64,000 nucleotides of DNA, from the NCBI GenBank assembly GCA_951406725.2, contig OX597834.1, positions 17,794,001 to 17,858,000 on the forward strand, read 5' to 3'. The notes under the pieces were generated by a model that was given only the letters and a program-made list of their open reading frames with translations, did no database searches and was not told the origin of the DNA. This DNA is from Octopus vulgaris (taxonomy: Eukaryota). A program made the translations under genes and the position numbers. Shown here piece after piece: positions 26,469 through 40,059 of the stretch. Each line of letters opens with the position of its first letter. Position 1 is the stretch's first letter.

Positions 26469-27244
26469 GTAAGTCTTGATTTGATTTTATCTTTTGATTC
26501 GTTTTGTAATTTTGTATTTTTGCTTCTTTTTTTTTTTTCTTAGCAAAGTGCAAACATTGATATCTGGTAAATGTAGACAATGAAAAACATGTTCAGGGAG
26601 AGCTTAGATTTAGTCCAAGAATGTTAGCATTCAGCAAAGAAATTCTGCAAAATTGAAGTCTATGAACTATGTGTGTGTGTGTGTGTGTGTGTGTTGTTCA
26701 TGTTTCTTTGTCTTGACATCATGTGCTAAATGTAAATAACTTCACCTTCATACAAGCTGTGTTCTTTGTTTGCAATCTTCCATGGAAAAAGTTTAGCCAT
26801 TGTGCTATTTGCCAAGGAATGATGAAGTGAAATATTATCTTGCTTGGATACATGACTTATGTAGTTCCTACAAGCCACACCGAGTTTTCTTAGTGACACC
26901 TGCTCTAGATCAAGAAGTACTAGACTTTGTGGATTGATCTCTGTTAAGAACTTCTCCTGTAGTTTTCTCACTTGAAAGGGGGGTATTAGTGGTACACCAT
27001 CTTAGTATGAACTTGAAGTATATCTCATCTAAGCTAATTATCTTCCTAATTAGTTGTGTTACAACTTTATCTCTTTCATAACTTGGCCTATCAGTTCGAG
27101 GCCTCTGCAGTTGCTTCTTTTTAAAATCTCACTTGCCCTTGTACAAATTTCTTCTCCTCCCACTACTTTTTCTTCTAAGAAGATTTTGTCATCTCAGTAG
27201 CTATGCTTGATGGTCAAGCTGTTTTCCCTCTTTCATATCCATAA

Positions 27245-27631
27245 CTAGCAGTATCACCCGGCGTTGCTCGGGTTTATAAGGGAAATAACTATAAAGCATT
27301 TTTAGAGAGTTATAGCCAAAAGATAGCAAAAAAATGCATTAAAAATGGGAAAAAAATGATGGTAAATTTTTTTTAAATCGTTGACTCATCGTAGACATTT
27401 TTAGAGAGTTACTTCCCTTATATAATAGCGAAAAAAATGCATTAAAATGGAAAAAAATTATTTTTAAAATTGTAGACTCATCGTAGACACGCGCTAATAC
27501 CCAGAAGGGCTCGATATGAATCACGACTATAAGATACCCGGTTTTGGTTAAACTGCACCGCAAAATGTGGGAGTAGTTAGGAATCTAAATCGTAGGAGAC
27601 AGACACACAACCTTACTTTTATATATAAAGA
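27245..27631 (-). mobile_element. Non-autonomous Helitron
   Basis: Minus strand: A|TC start, subterminal hairpin CCCGAGCAACGCCGGG, CTAG|T end, no TSD. Confidence 0.82.
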
Positions 27632-28159
27632 TATCCACTCCAACTATAGATCTATCAATCTTAGTAACTGTTCCCTTTGTTGGGTCTATTTGGGTAGTCC
27701 CACTGTCTGTTTGCCTGTCTGTGACAGCATTCCCATGTTTAATTCTTCTTGGAGTCAGTGAAGGTGAATGTGGTGTTAACTTTTACATGCAGGTTTCTTA
27801 CTAATGAATCTTTGATTCAATCTGCTACATTACTTTGCAATCCAGAACACTTCACACTTCTGATCCTCATGTCACAGAACATTTGGAAACTACATCTCTC
27901 TTGACTAAAAAAAAAGTGCAATGTTTGGCTTTTCTTTTCACTACCTGTTATAGTTCTCTGATCCCTAATTTTTCCTTTCCTTCCAGAATTGCTTCTTAAC
28001 TTTCATTACTTTCTCTGTCTCTCTATCTCTCTCTCTCAATTCAACTGCTATGTTATCTTCTATCTGACTCAACATATATGTGCTATATCTGTGTGTGTGT
28101 GTGGCGTATTCTTGGAGAGTTTTTTGATAAACTACATGTCTTCATTATTTTTCTTCCAG

Positions 28160-28884
28160 TTAAAACTCAAAAAGAAGACAGTCAGAAAAATCTTGAAAAC
28201 AGTTCAGTAGAAAAGTGTCAAATGAAAGAACAGATAATCTGTCTAACAGAAGAAATGAACAGAGTTCATCATGAGGTGCGATCAGCTTTACATCTCTTGT
28301 GTGAACTTACCAATAAATCAATGAACAGTGTCCTGGAACAAGTAACTGTTCCTGAGGTGAAGATTATCAGAGATTGCCCAAGAGACAGTATTGATTACAA
28401 CCCAGACTCCCAAATAAGTGAGTGTACTGATGATAATCCTCACATTCCTAGCTCTCCACGACTCACAATTAGTTCAAAGGCATTGGCAGACCTGACAGAT
28501 ACAGAATTTTCAGATAATTTAGAAGATTCATCTGTAAAAAAAAAGGTGTTGCAGCTTGAGGCACCTACCCATCCGGAAGACACACACCATGAAATTTCTC
28601 CACAGGTGGCACCAAGGAAGAGTAAAGAAGCTAATAGAAAAAGCAGTGAAAGTCCACAAATCAGCGTCATATTTGAGCCAAATTCTACAAAACTAAATTG
28701 CCCAGTTAATTCCAATGTTGACATTTTAAGAAACAGAGGCCAATCAGACAGACCTCAAAGAGCAGCAGCTGAGTCCAGCAGCACTAACCTCACAAAACCA
28801 CTGCCTTTAGGATTAACAAATTTTCCATTTGCAGATGAAGACAATGAAAAGAAATCTATTGTAACTGAAATGACAAATGTGTAG
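28160..28884 (+). CDS. KCNH8: ELK terminal coding exon (coiled coil QMKEQIICLTEEMNRVHHEV then disordered tail, TAG)
   Basis: ttcttccag acceptor, 241-codon open frame in non-repetitive sequence; KCNH-type C-terminal coiled coil. Confidence 0.82.
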
Positions 28885-28900
28885 AATATATATACATATG

Positions 28901-28937
<37 letters not shown>

Positions 28938-29022
28938 TATTTATATATATATATGCATTATATATATATATGAATATTTATATATATATGTGTGTGTGAT
29001 TATTTATATATATATGAATATT

Positions 29023-29059
<37 letters not shown>

Positions 29060-29060
29060 T

Positions 29061-29126
<66 letters not shown>

Positions 29127-29160
29127 TATATAAACACATATATATATATATATATATGTA
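28885..29160. repeat. Compound (TA)n microsatellite directly after the KCNH stop codon
   Basis: Direct observation. Confidence 0.95.
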
Positions 29161-29562
29161 GAATCAAAATAGATTTTACTTTATTTCGATGATGTCCAGA
29201 AGGCACAATTTCATTGTGGAACCACAGAAAATTACTTCCAAAAGGGCAAGTATAAAATAAGAATATTGAAACAGAAAGAAAAATAAACTAAAAAAAAAAA
29301 ACCCCCAACAAAAATACGAAAAGAAAAAAATTAATAAATAAGACTAAAATTAATTGAAAAAGAAAATCTTTTTAAATCAGTGGCACCAGAAATCTGAATT
29401 TGTTGCTTATCTGAGGACAAATCCGAAGGATCAATCTTTGCAATTAGCAAAGCAGATTATAAACCTCTTATTATACAGGAGGGTGTTTATTAATGTTGAA
29501 GGCAATATCTGCTGGAAATGATCTCACCTGGTTATCTTTATAATGTATTTTTTAAACTTCCA

Positions 29563-29790
29563 TTATTATTATTATTATTATCATCATTATTATTATAGTA
29601 GTCTTATTTTTATTGCGTGCTTTTACTGCACTACTGAGCACAACACTGTATTCCTTGGCCTGGGGCAGTGTTTTGCTTTGGTTTTGTATTTTCTCTTGTA
29701 CTGACACTATTCTAATATAATATGCGTGCAGTGCCTAGTAGTGATATTTCTTTATGTTGTGAATATGTGTAAGACTTTGGTTGTGCATTT
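29563..29790 (-). mobile_element. 3' tip of an R4/Dong-like LINE
   Basis: Minus strand reads ISLLGTARIL (like the QK..LLGTA.ILR C-terminus), followed by a (TAA)n tail. Confidence 0.55.
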
Positions 29791-30284
29791 ATCTGCATGA
29801 CCGTTACTCCTCCCATTTTCCCTCTCTTAAAAATCTCAGGCTTTATACCTATTTATTTATGAAAATATTGCTATTATTTATTTTCATGGAATAGTTTTTT
29901 AACATGAATTACTTTTTCAATTGTTCTTAGTGTTACCAGAGATCTTTTGATTTTCTCAAATTGCTGTTAAACTGAAGGTTTGAAAGTATGTAAACCATTT
30001 AAAAAAAATTTTTCTCCATCATGACACAGTACACTGGCTAAATAGTACGTAAAGCTAAACTTCCTCTGGGTTATATTTTAGCTCATGTGCCAGTATATAT
30101 GCTTGATTTGTGATTGAATTTGTTTTGAAGAGAATCAGAAAAATGTAATTAATTATCTAATGAATTTTCATCAAGTGTGGATTGAACATCTATCCTCTCC
30201 CCCTCAGGAAATTTTTTTGTTAGTATTTATAACTTATACTCCTGAACTCCTGGTTTGATGACTTGTAAAAAAAAATGTAAAAAA

Positions 30285-30447
30285 GGAGAGACGGTTAGCA
30301 CTCCCCTTGACAAGGACGGAAGAGATCAGTCGATCTTTCTAACACATATGGGCATTGCTCTCTACTTTAGAGCAACCTATTTTTCAGCAGTGGTGCCCCA
30401 GCATGGCCGCGGCCTTCGGGCTAAAACATTTTTAAGGATTTAAGGAT
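30285..30447 (+). mobile_element. 3' tail of a retroposon related to the 51900-52280 LINE
   Basis: GGTGCCCCAGCATGGCCGC plus hairpin, then a repeated TTTAAGGA tail. Confidence 0.5.
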
Positions 30448-33400
30448 ATTAAATTACACCAAAATTTGTCACCTCTGTTAAAAAAATTTCAAGACTAGAA
30501 AATTCCAGTAATTCAGATCTATGATCAAATTTATTCTCAATTATAATCAATGGGAAAAATCATTAACATCGCAAATTACCATTTTCTCCTGGCCTGTAAA
30601 TTTGTGGCATGGATTTTATAAAAGAAACCAGCAATGTTATACATTGATTTCAACCAAAACTTTCAAAAATTTTTTTAGTAGAGCTCCACCCAACTTCTGG
30701 TTTGGACATTTTGAATTGTAGAAAATTTAAGAATTAGTTGAATCTAGTAATAAAAATATTAAAAAAAATAAAAACAACTAAATATACACCAGTAAAACTA
30801 ACAATATGACATTGAGATGTGTCATAAAGGTATAGATGAAACAAGACTGGGTGTACCATATCAAAAGTCTGTCAGATCTGGCAAATGTTGTAATCTCCAA
30901 TTTTGGAATGAAAAATGTTATTAGGATTGTTAAATATCTGGAGATAAAATCTCGATAAAAAACAAGAAATATTTTCCTTGCATATTCTTATGTGCAATGA
31001 GTAAGCAAAGAGGTTGATCTTCAGACTAAAGTTTCATTTCATTCTTTAGTCAATATTTGAAATATTTGTCTAGTATGAGTTATCATTTATGAATTATCAT
31101 TTTTAAAAATAGAAAATATATAAACTTAAAAAATCCTGCCCCCAAAACAGAGGACATACTACTGGTCAAGGAATTGGATGTTAGCTCTCAGGGGTGGACC
31201 GGGGGCTGAGAGGCATGTGCTCTCCCCCTCAAGAAAAGAAGTGTGCTCTTCTAAATAATGTTATTATGCCCTTTTCTCCTGGAATTGTATTTCCTTCTGA
31301 CCTTGTGCCCTCCCTTCGAAAAATTCCTGGGACTGCGCCTGGCTCTAGTCAATGTGTACATCCATTAGAGGTAAAGCTTCTATCAGTGATTTGGCTTACA
31401 AAATATCCTCAAGAAATCTTGTCACTAATAGTGTTATATATAAGCTAGTCATTTCAAAAGCTTGACATTGAACATGAGATGTTCAAAACATAAAGTGGAA
31501 CCCTTTTACTCAACATGGGGCACCTAAAATAAGTCATGAGAATATTTGTGTCGATTGTGTTTACTATGCAATGAAGGATACAACTTGATAGATATCATGT
31601 GCCTTCTGAACAACCATACTTACAATTAGAAGTGCCTTTTCACCAGTTTTAAATGTATTGTCTTGTATTTCCCTGTTTTTACTGTAGTAGGTGGGCATCT
31701 TTAATCATTACAAGGCAAATATTTTGTAGAGGAAGGATGCAGCCAATTAATTTGTGATCCCTGTATACTATTAGCATTTATTTTATAAACTTAGGTGTTA
31801 TGAAAAAAAAAACAAAAAAAAGACAAACAAACTTGCAAAACAGTAACGGTTCAGACAATTTCCGAATTTTTTTGTAAATACGTGATTTACAGAACCATTC
31901 AAAACCTATTTTAGGATGGGGGGGAAAAAGAATCAACACAGTCATGAAGCAGTATTTTTATTACAAAGTTATAATCTTCATCATCATTGTTTTGAACATC
32001 CTTCTGATGGTGCACAAGCACTGACAGTATTCTTGTTGTCAATCACAAGGTCATGTCATTTTGAGAGTTTGGCTGTCATCCTTGTTTTTTTTTTTTTTTT
32101 TTGTGTTGGGCATTTTTGGCCTTGGTGTTTCCATCATGTTAACACCCCAGTTTACTAGCTGTATATAGAATGTGTTCACTCTGTTGCTACTGTGTTGTGA
32201 TATATTCAACTATAAAAATAAAAATATTCTATGCATAATATATTTGATTTATGGAAAATTAAAAAAAAATTCCAGGTTGCACAGAAATCTGTATTTTCAT
32301 ATGTTTGTGAAAATATAGTCCCTCATTCATTGTTGTTTTAAAGGATTAGGTCCCAGCACTGACAGGACAAAACTATTACTCATCAGTAACAAGTAAGTAG
32401 GATGATTTGACATTTATTTTTTATCTGCCCTTTTCTCAGATAAACATGATGAATTTTAGTGCCTTGCCCAGTGCACAGCACAATGCCAGCAGTGGGATAT
32501 GAACTCACAACTCTTCGGCCAAGAGAGTCAAATGTTACCTCCTCAGCCATTGCAACTCTTCAACATAGATACTTAACATACAATGTGTGTATGCATATAT
32601 GTACAGGAGTGTGTGTGTGTGTACTAACTAATGTTGGTTTTGTAGTTCTTAGTAAAATTATTTGATGAGATTGTAAACATAACTGGTATACTTTTATGCG
32701 TTCAATGGTGTGTGCATTGATGACATTAATATTGATTGTTGAAAACTGACCATAGCTAGTATACCAGTTGTTTGGCCAAACTGCTGTTTGTGATACATGT
32801 CCAATAACACTGGTATTTTATTTATAACTGGAAACAGCAAAGAAATGTGAGGATTGAATGGCTGAGATATGAACTTTTGAACCATGAATCTTCAGTTTAA
32901 ACATTGCCACATGCTTTAGAATGTGTCTTTGTGTACTGAGCAAGATACCTCTTTTATCTCTATGAATGTATATAGAAAACAAATTTAATCAGTTTTACTA
33001 TTCCTGTGATTATTATTATGAAGAGAACTCCTCCCTAATTTCTTTCATCAACTTATGTAAATGCATGGAGTTGCATATTTATCTGACATATCTATCTCAA
33101 TATTGGAGAAATGAGTGTAACTTAATTAAAATACAACCATATTGAAAGACATTTTACTTTCAAAAATATCTGTTACCTAAAATATATTCTTCAGCAAGCT
33201 AATACTTTACTTTGACTACATACACCAGTCTTCTGATTATATATAAATATGTTTTATGCATAACATTTGTTTTATGGAAAATTAATTAAGATATGAGTTA
33301 CCAGATAGCTACAGAGGACAAGCTATCTCAGTCAATTGCAATGTCTAAAAGTTATTTTTTTCTTCAGAATCTTCAGCTGCAAAATAATAACTATAGATTA

Positions 33401-33469
33401 CAACCCCTTAGCTTTTAAGAAGGAAATAAGCAACTCAGGGAATAGAATATGTATATATGTATGTGTGTG

Positions 33470-33507
<38 letters not shown>

Positions 33508-35035
33508 CTCATTTTTCACATTTTCATTATTGGATTTACTTGAAGCAAATCAGCAATTCTAACTTTAATGTCATGGAGAAATTGATGGTTAAGAGAAATG
33601 TTTTAACACTAAATCAGTATTACATATTGATTAAAATCTATCAGGCATACAATATTTTGATCATATAAAGAAATAACATTTGGATTTATATGTGAGATGA
33701 CAGTGATGGGTAAATTATGCAGAATTCTAAATAAAAAGTATGACATGACATATGCATTGTTCTGACTGCAATGAATTTGAAAGAGGCTCCACGAGATTTA
33801 ATTCATGATCCATCAACTCACATGTTCTCTTCTAAAACCTAAATTTAGATTAAGGCCAAAATATATATCCTCCTGCTAAAATTATATAGTATTGACCAAT
33901 TAACTACTTCATTGTTGTATACACATATGCATATTAATGCATGTGTGTTTACTGTGAATACGGTGTCTTTGCAGTTAAATGTGGTATATACATATCTGTA
34001 TCTATTGAGCAGTGTGAGAGATATTAGTGATGAGATATCAAAAAATATGAATTTTATTGCTGGTTTAGGTTTTAATATAATCATATTGTCAGATGAGGTG
34101 ACAGAGGCAGGAAAGATGTAGAGATAGAAAGACAGATAGGTAAACATCTCATTATATGAAGTCCATGAAACAAAATTATGCATAAAAGACATTAGTTCAC
34201 AGCACAACAGTTTTATAAAAAAGAAATGAGCAGAATAACTATGGAAACTACTAATAGCAAAATTCAAACCCAAAATCAATACACATAAACAGATAAGTTA
34301 TAAAATCTATCAGGACTTAACTGTTGATGAGATCAGTGAAGTCTTGAAATGTTATTGGAAAGAAACACTATTTTCCTTGATAAATATAAGGAATGATAAA
34401 GAGATGTGAAAAATCCCTAAAAAGATCAAATTCACACAACTGAATTCTTATATACTTACAAACACACACATACAATATATACATTCACAAAATGAAAAGT
34501 AAGCATGTATTAAAACACACATGTATATACATCTATGATATATATATATATATATATATATCTCAAAGTAAATGAAAGATAAGCAAAAAAATAGAAAATA
34601 CATCAAAGAATTCCTTATAACAGGGTGATATAATATACATCCATAAATAGCTAATATATATATATATATATAAAGAAAACCATATACTGTGGAATCATAA
34701 ACGTTATAGAAATGTTATTTTGATGATTGATCAAAATTCAAAGAGTAGCAGTTCCCTCTTTACTACTATATCATTTCAAACAAAATTCTTAAGAATAATA
34801 AAAAAAAAAATGAAATTTACATTTGTTATCTTTATTATTATTATTATTATTATTATTTGAATTGCTAACTGAAAGAGGTGTCTTTTACAGTTTCTAGATT
34901 TACATTTGGATGTTTCAAGAGGGTATTAACAGATTTTCATTTCTCTGTAAGTTGGTTTTAGATTTTTCTTTTGTATTTGTTAATGCATGCGCTACCCCCA
35001 TTACATCGGGGTTAAATGAGTTTTTCCTTTTACAC

Positions 35036-35070
<35 letters not shown>

Positions 35071-36510
35071 ATATAGATGGAATACCGGTCAACGATAAGA
35101 GCGAGATGGAAAAAGTTTGCGAAGACGTCTACACCAAGCTCTTTAAGTCTACCAGAAATATCCAGCCGTTACCACCACTCCAACAGGAAGAAAATGTGCC
35201 ACCTATCCTTGTCAGTGAGGTTGAAAGAGTCATCGGCTTGAAGAACGGAAAGGCGCCAGGGAAAAACAGTATAACATCGGAGGTGCTAAAGTCAGGCAGA
35301 GAGCAGCTCTGGAAAATCCTCGCTGAGCGATTTATGCACTATCTAGATGAGGGAAGAATTCCTTTGCAGTGGAAAGAGTCAAATACCATCCTGCTATATA
35401 TGAAGGGTGATGGAGAAGGTCTAAAGAACTACTGACCCATATGCCTGCTGTCTCACATGTACAAGCTGTTCACAAAGATAATTCTGAACAGGTTATCATG
35501 TCATCTCGACGAACAACAACCGAGGGAACAAACTGGCTTCCGGAAGAACTACAGCATGTTGGACCATATATTTACTCTAACACAACTGCTTGAGTGAGCG
35601 AATGAGTACAAGTTGCCTCTTTGCGTTGCGTTTGTAGACTATGAGAAGGCCTTCGATAGCGTCGAAACCAACACAGTGCTGAACTCGCTGCAGAGGCAAG
35701 GAGTCGAGGTGCAATATATGCAACTGCTCAGGGAGGCAAATTCCAGACGCACCACTGACATAGCTCTGCTGTCATCACCCGTATGAGTGCCGGTCGAAAA
35801 GGGAGTGAAGCAAGGAGATACGATCTCCCCAAAACTTTTCACTACATGTCAAGATGAACATGAAAACGAAGTTCATGCGGTCAGACAACATACCAACAGG
35901 TTGAATGGTGATCAGCAGTGATGAAATAGAGGAGGTAAAGGAATATGTCTACCTGGGACAGGAAGTGAATATGTGCTAAGATATCGAAAAGGAGATCTCA
36001 CGGCGAGTAAGGGCCAGATGGAAGGCATTTAATGGCATAAGGGATGTGCTCAAGGGAAGGTTGGACAGGACCACCCACACCAACCTCATCAGCAATACAG
36101 TTCTACCTGCAATGTTATATGGTAGTGAAACATGGACTACCACGAAGAGAGAAGAGCAGAGACTGGTAACGGCTCAAAGAGCCATGGAAAGGTCAATGCT
36201 TGGTATCTCGTTGAGAGAGCACATCAGTAGCGAGATCATCAGAAAGAAGTCCGGCGTGAGGGATGTCATCGCAGAGTATACACGCGGCAAGTTTAGATAG
36301 GCTGGACACGTCGCCCGGCTCACCGATAATCGGTGGACCCGCGCGAGCGGAAACGACCACCCAGAAGGCCTCCAGGACGGTTGAGTTATGGTTTCAGGAG
36401 GACGATTGGGATCACGTGGATGAGAAAGGCACGATCCAGAGAGGAGTGGACAGCGTGCTGTGACCAGCGGTGTCAAATGGATGCATGACGGACTGGTCGG
36501 TCAAGGTGAT
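35071..36510 (+). mobile_element. RTE-clade LINE fragment (RT pseudogene, 5'-truncated, stops/frameshifts, internal deletion)
   Basis: LKNGKAPG, P.QWKES, FVDYEKAFDSV, GVKQGDTISPKLF, VLPAMLYGSETW motifs; embedded in (TA)n. Confidence 0.9.
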
Positions 36511-38429
36511 ACATATATATATTTATAAAATTTCACCAGGTAGTCTCTTTCAAAAATGTACTAAACATTTTTTTTTTTGAGGTGGTAATTAGAGGAGTCT
36601 TCTACTCTCTATTGGGGTGAAATAAGTTTTTACTTTCATTTATGAAAAAAAAAACAATTTTCACCTGGGAGTTTCTTTCAAAAAGGTACTAAATATGGCT
36701 TTTTTGGTGGTGTTAGTCAGAGGAGTCTTCTACTTCTGGAAGATGATTAGGTGCTGGTGTTTGGATGCTGATAATTTCATATGGCTAATTGGACATTCAG
36801 CTTCTTTCGATGAGAGTACTTTTTGGTACTGGAGGCAAATGTACAGATGCAGGCATAGAAATATATACATACAGATAGGAAGAGCAAAAACAAACATTGC
36901 GTACTAATTTTTAATTGCTTGTAGAGACACCATATCTAATTTTAAAATCATTTTATACTACAAAATATATCAAAGGTTTATAAGCTAATACCATGCCCTA
37001 CTTGTGTTAACAGTGCATTGTTTACATTTTTTTCAGTATATCTCCACAGATTTTCTATAGAATCTAGAGCCAGTTCAAAAACGAGCGCACACATATTAAT
37101 TGCTGGTAGGGACACTATACTTGGTTTTGCCAGGTTTTAAGTGAGTACTGTATCCTACTGTGTATTAGCAGTATGTTGTTTTCATTTTTAAGTGTATTTC
37201 TAAAGATTCTCAATGGAATTTGAAGCCAGCACTTTATTAACCATTTATTGCAAAAATCAGATATATCCACTCAAAATTTCATTATATTTAACTGTGGACT
37301 GTCATGTTTGAATTTATTTTTCTGTTTAGATATGTCCAGTTTATTGAGAAAATGTGACTTGCAGAAAATGCCAATTCTATTTTTTTGGGGAAGATATTTA
37401 ACATCATTACTAGAATAACTGTGAAATATAATTTCACTGTTGAAGGGTGAATTGGATTTCCCCTCTCCTCAAATAAACAGAGAGTTTCTTAATTGAACAT
37501 GGAGATAAATGCTTTCCCTCTCCTCAGATACATAAGAGTGATGTGGCTTACACACATAAAGAGGGAGAGGGAATTAGTGGAATATGAAAACCTCTGTCAC
37601 TTCCATTATAATTTTGAAAAGAAATAACTGTTAAAATCGAACTGCATTCTTCAAGACTTGCACTAAAAATAACAGCAAGATAAAATTACTACCTGGTTTT
37701 ATAGCAAGTTGATGCAGGTAGTTTATCCCATCCCCCTCCGACTTTTAGTTCATACAATTGAAAAAAAAACAACACATTTATAGGATGACCCAATACTTGA
37801 ACCAAAAGAATTACACAAAGATGTTTAGTGTTCGCATTATTCTGCCAAAATGCTTTTCCATCCACACTGTTTTGAACAAATCATGCATTATCTTGTAGCT
37901 ATGAGATTTTGATAAGGTAGCTGTTAATTTTTAAAACGATATTGTAGGGTTGGTGTGAGAGACCAGATCTAGCCAGTTTGAACATAAAACAGGCAGAATA
38001 CTTTTGGCCGGATATGGCCGGTTTAAATGCTAAAGGGTTAAACCTGGTAAGGTCAGATCAGATCAAGTATGGGAGCATGTTGTATTGTAGAGCATTGCTG
38101 CATCATCCATTTGTCAGTATTTGCTTGGGTCATCCAGAGCAACCTTCCAAACTATGTTACAATCAGTCTCCACCTCTGTGAAATACCTCCTCTTCTGCCA
38201 GGATCATGTGACTGACCTACATGAACCATCCTCTCAGAGGAGAGATCATGATACGCAAGATCCAACTTGAAACATTGAGCACCAGGATTAAACGGTCAGA
38301 GCTGATGCTTCTGAATCATACAAGTAACAGGATGCATCTTAGTTTCTAGGTAGAGTCTTTGGTTGGATATGAAAGGTAACCAATGCTAGCCCATAATCCT
38401 TTGGTAACCTGGTAAAGTTTTAGAAATAT

Positions 38430-38848
38430 TTAAACTCTTTTGCATTTAAATATTCTGCTTGTTTAATGCTCAAACTGGCTGAATCTGGTCTCTTGCACAT
38501 ACAGTAAAATGTCCTGCTAAAACTAAACACTCACATCATTGAAATCTCAAAGCTACAAGGTAATGTTTAATTAACCCTTTCATTACTACATTTATTTTGA
38601 GATGCTCTGTGTTTCTTTCAATTATTTTGACTATAACAAAGAATTTAGTAAATTAACTCCGTTATCATTAAGCTAGTGTTAGGAACATAAATTTTAACTA
38701 AGATTTGATGGAAGATTTTAATTCAAAACTTATGAAAGCAAGACATTTATACTAAAGAGCCAGAGTTGGTAACGAAAGAGTTAATTCAAAGCAATGTGAA
38801 TAAATAAACATTGCATTTGAAAAAGTAATTGGAATGCTAAAGCATTAA
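38430..38848. mobile_element. Same outer piggyBac-like MITE with the same inner MITE nested at 38571-38784
   Basis: Homologous to 2396-2847; other outer copies at 23634-23860, 25300-25494, 37820-38040 and 47480-47690; diverged inner-like copy at 46315-46547. Confidence 0.78.
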
Positions 38849-39149
38849 TCAATAACAAAGTAAGGTTGAAATATTTAATTTTATAGAGCAATGTTGTTGA
38901 TGTTGCAGTGGTGGTGTTGGTAAAGGTGTTGATAGCTTGTCATGTGAAGAGAGGATAGGGTTTCAATACTTACAGGTTCATATCATCATTTTTTTTTCAG
39001 GTCTTTATAGACTTAGCTTTAGTGATGAGAAAGCAAAAATCAAATGTTTTATTAAGATCCTCTATTTAAAGTCTTGTGGGTAGGAGGCAGGATTGAACCT
39101 TCTTAGGCTGGTAACTGTGAATGAATATAGGCCTACTGCATCAGGGTTG

Positions 39150-39680
39150 ATCTTGATCTAAGTAATAATGACTTGATATACTATGAGCATGTGTGTGTGT
39201 CTGTGTGTTATCTTGATCTAAGTAATAATGACTTGATATACTATGAGCATGTGTGTGTGTCTGTGTGTTATCTTGATCTAAGTAATAATGACTTGATATA
39301 CTATGAGCATGTGTGTGTGTCTGTGTGTTAACTTGATCTAAGTAATAATGACTTGATATACTATGAGCATGTGTGTGTGTCTGTGTGTTAACTTGATCTA
39401 AGTAATAATGACTTGATATACTATGAGCATGTGTGTGTGTCTGTGTGTTATCTTGATCTAAGTAATAATGACTTGATATACTATGAGCATGTGTGTGTGT
39501 CTGTGTGTTATCTTGATCTAAGTAATAATGACTTGATATACTATGAGCATGTGTGTGTGTCTGTGTGTTAACTTGATCTAAGTAATAATGACTTGATATA
39601 CTATGAGCATGTGTGTGTGTCTGTGTGTTATCTTGATCTAAGTAATAATGACTTGATATACTATGAGCATGTATGTGTGT
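39150..39680. repeat. 60-bp minisatellite, about 9 units
   Basis: (T/A)CTTGATCTAAGTAATAATGACTTGATATACTATGAGCATGTGTGTGTGTCTGTGTGTTA. Confidence 0.97.
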
Positions 39681-39740
39681 GCTTGAAATAGCAGCCAAAT
39701 TTCCCTCTAATAGTATTAAACAAGCTCAATTTGGAAAATA

Positions 39741-40059
39741 AGTTTAAATATCACTATTTTTTATTTACTTTTGTTGCTGCTTTGGTGGCCTTGTGGGTAA
39801 AGGTGTTTATAAGTGGTAACCGTACATAGAGGCAGGGTTTCAAATCTTGTCAGGAAATGCTAGGGGGTCTTATTAAACATTTTCATTTTTTATACACATC
39901 TCTAGGGAAAAAAGTGAAAAATTTTAGTAAGACCCCCTTATTACAAGCCATGAGTAGGATTGAACCCCACCCTGGCTTTCTCATTGCCAACATATGCCTT
40001 TACCCACAAGACCACCGAGGCAACTACAAAATAGATGTTAAAAATGACGTATTTAAACC
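39741..40059. mobile_element. Fold-back element made of two inverted tRNA-like arms, TA-flanked
   Basis: 39741-39891 aligns with the reverse complement of 39908-40059; each arm has A-box- and B-box-like motifs. Confidence 0.7.

Noticed and set aside
36529-36735. Two diverged direct repeats of about 80 bp after the RTE
   Set aside because: Ordinary old local duplication with no further structure
39150-39680. CRISPR-like appearance and the 185-aa His-rich ORF
   Set aside because: No unique spacers, no cas genes, eukaryotic context; the ORF is a by-product of a 60-bp period
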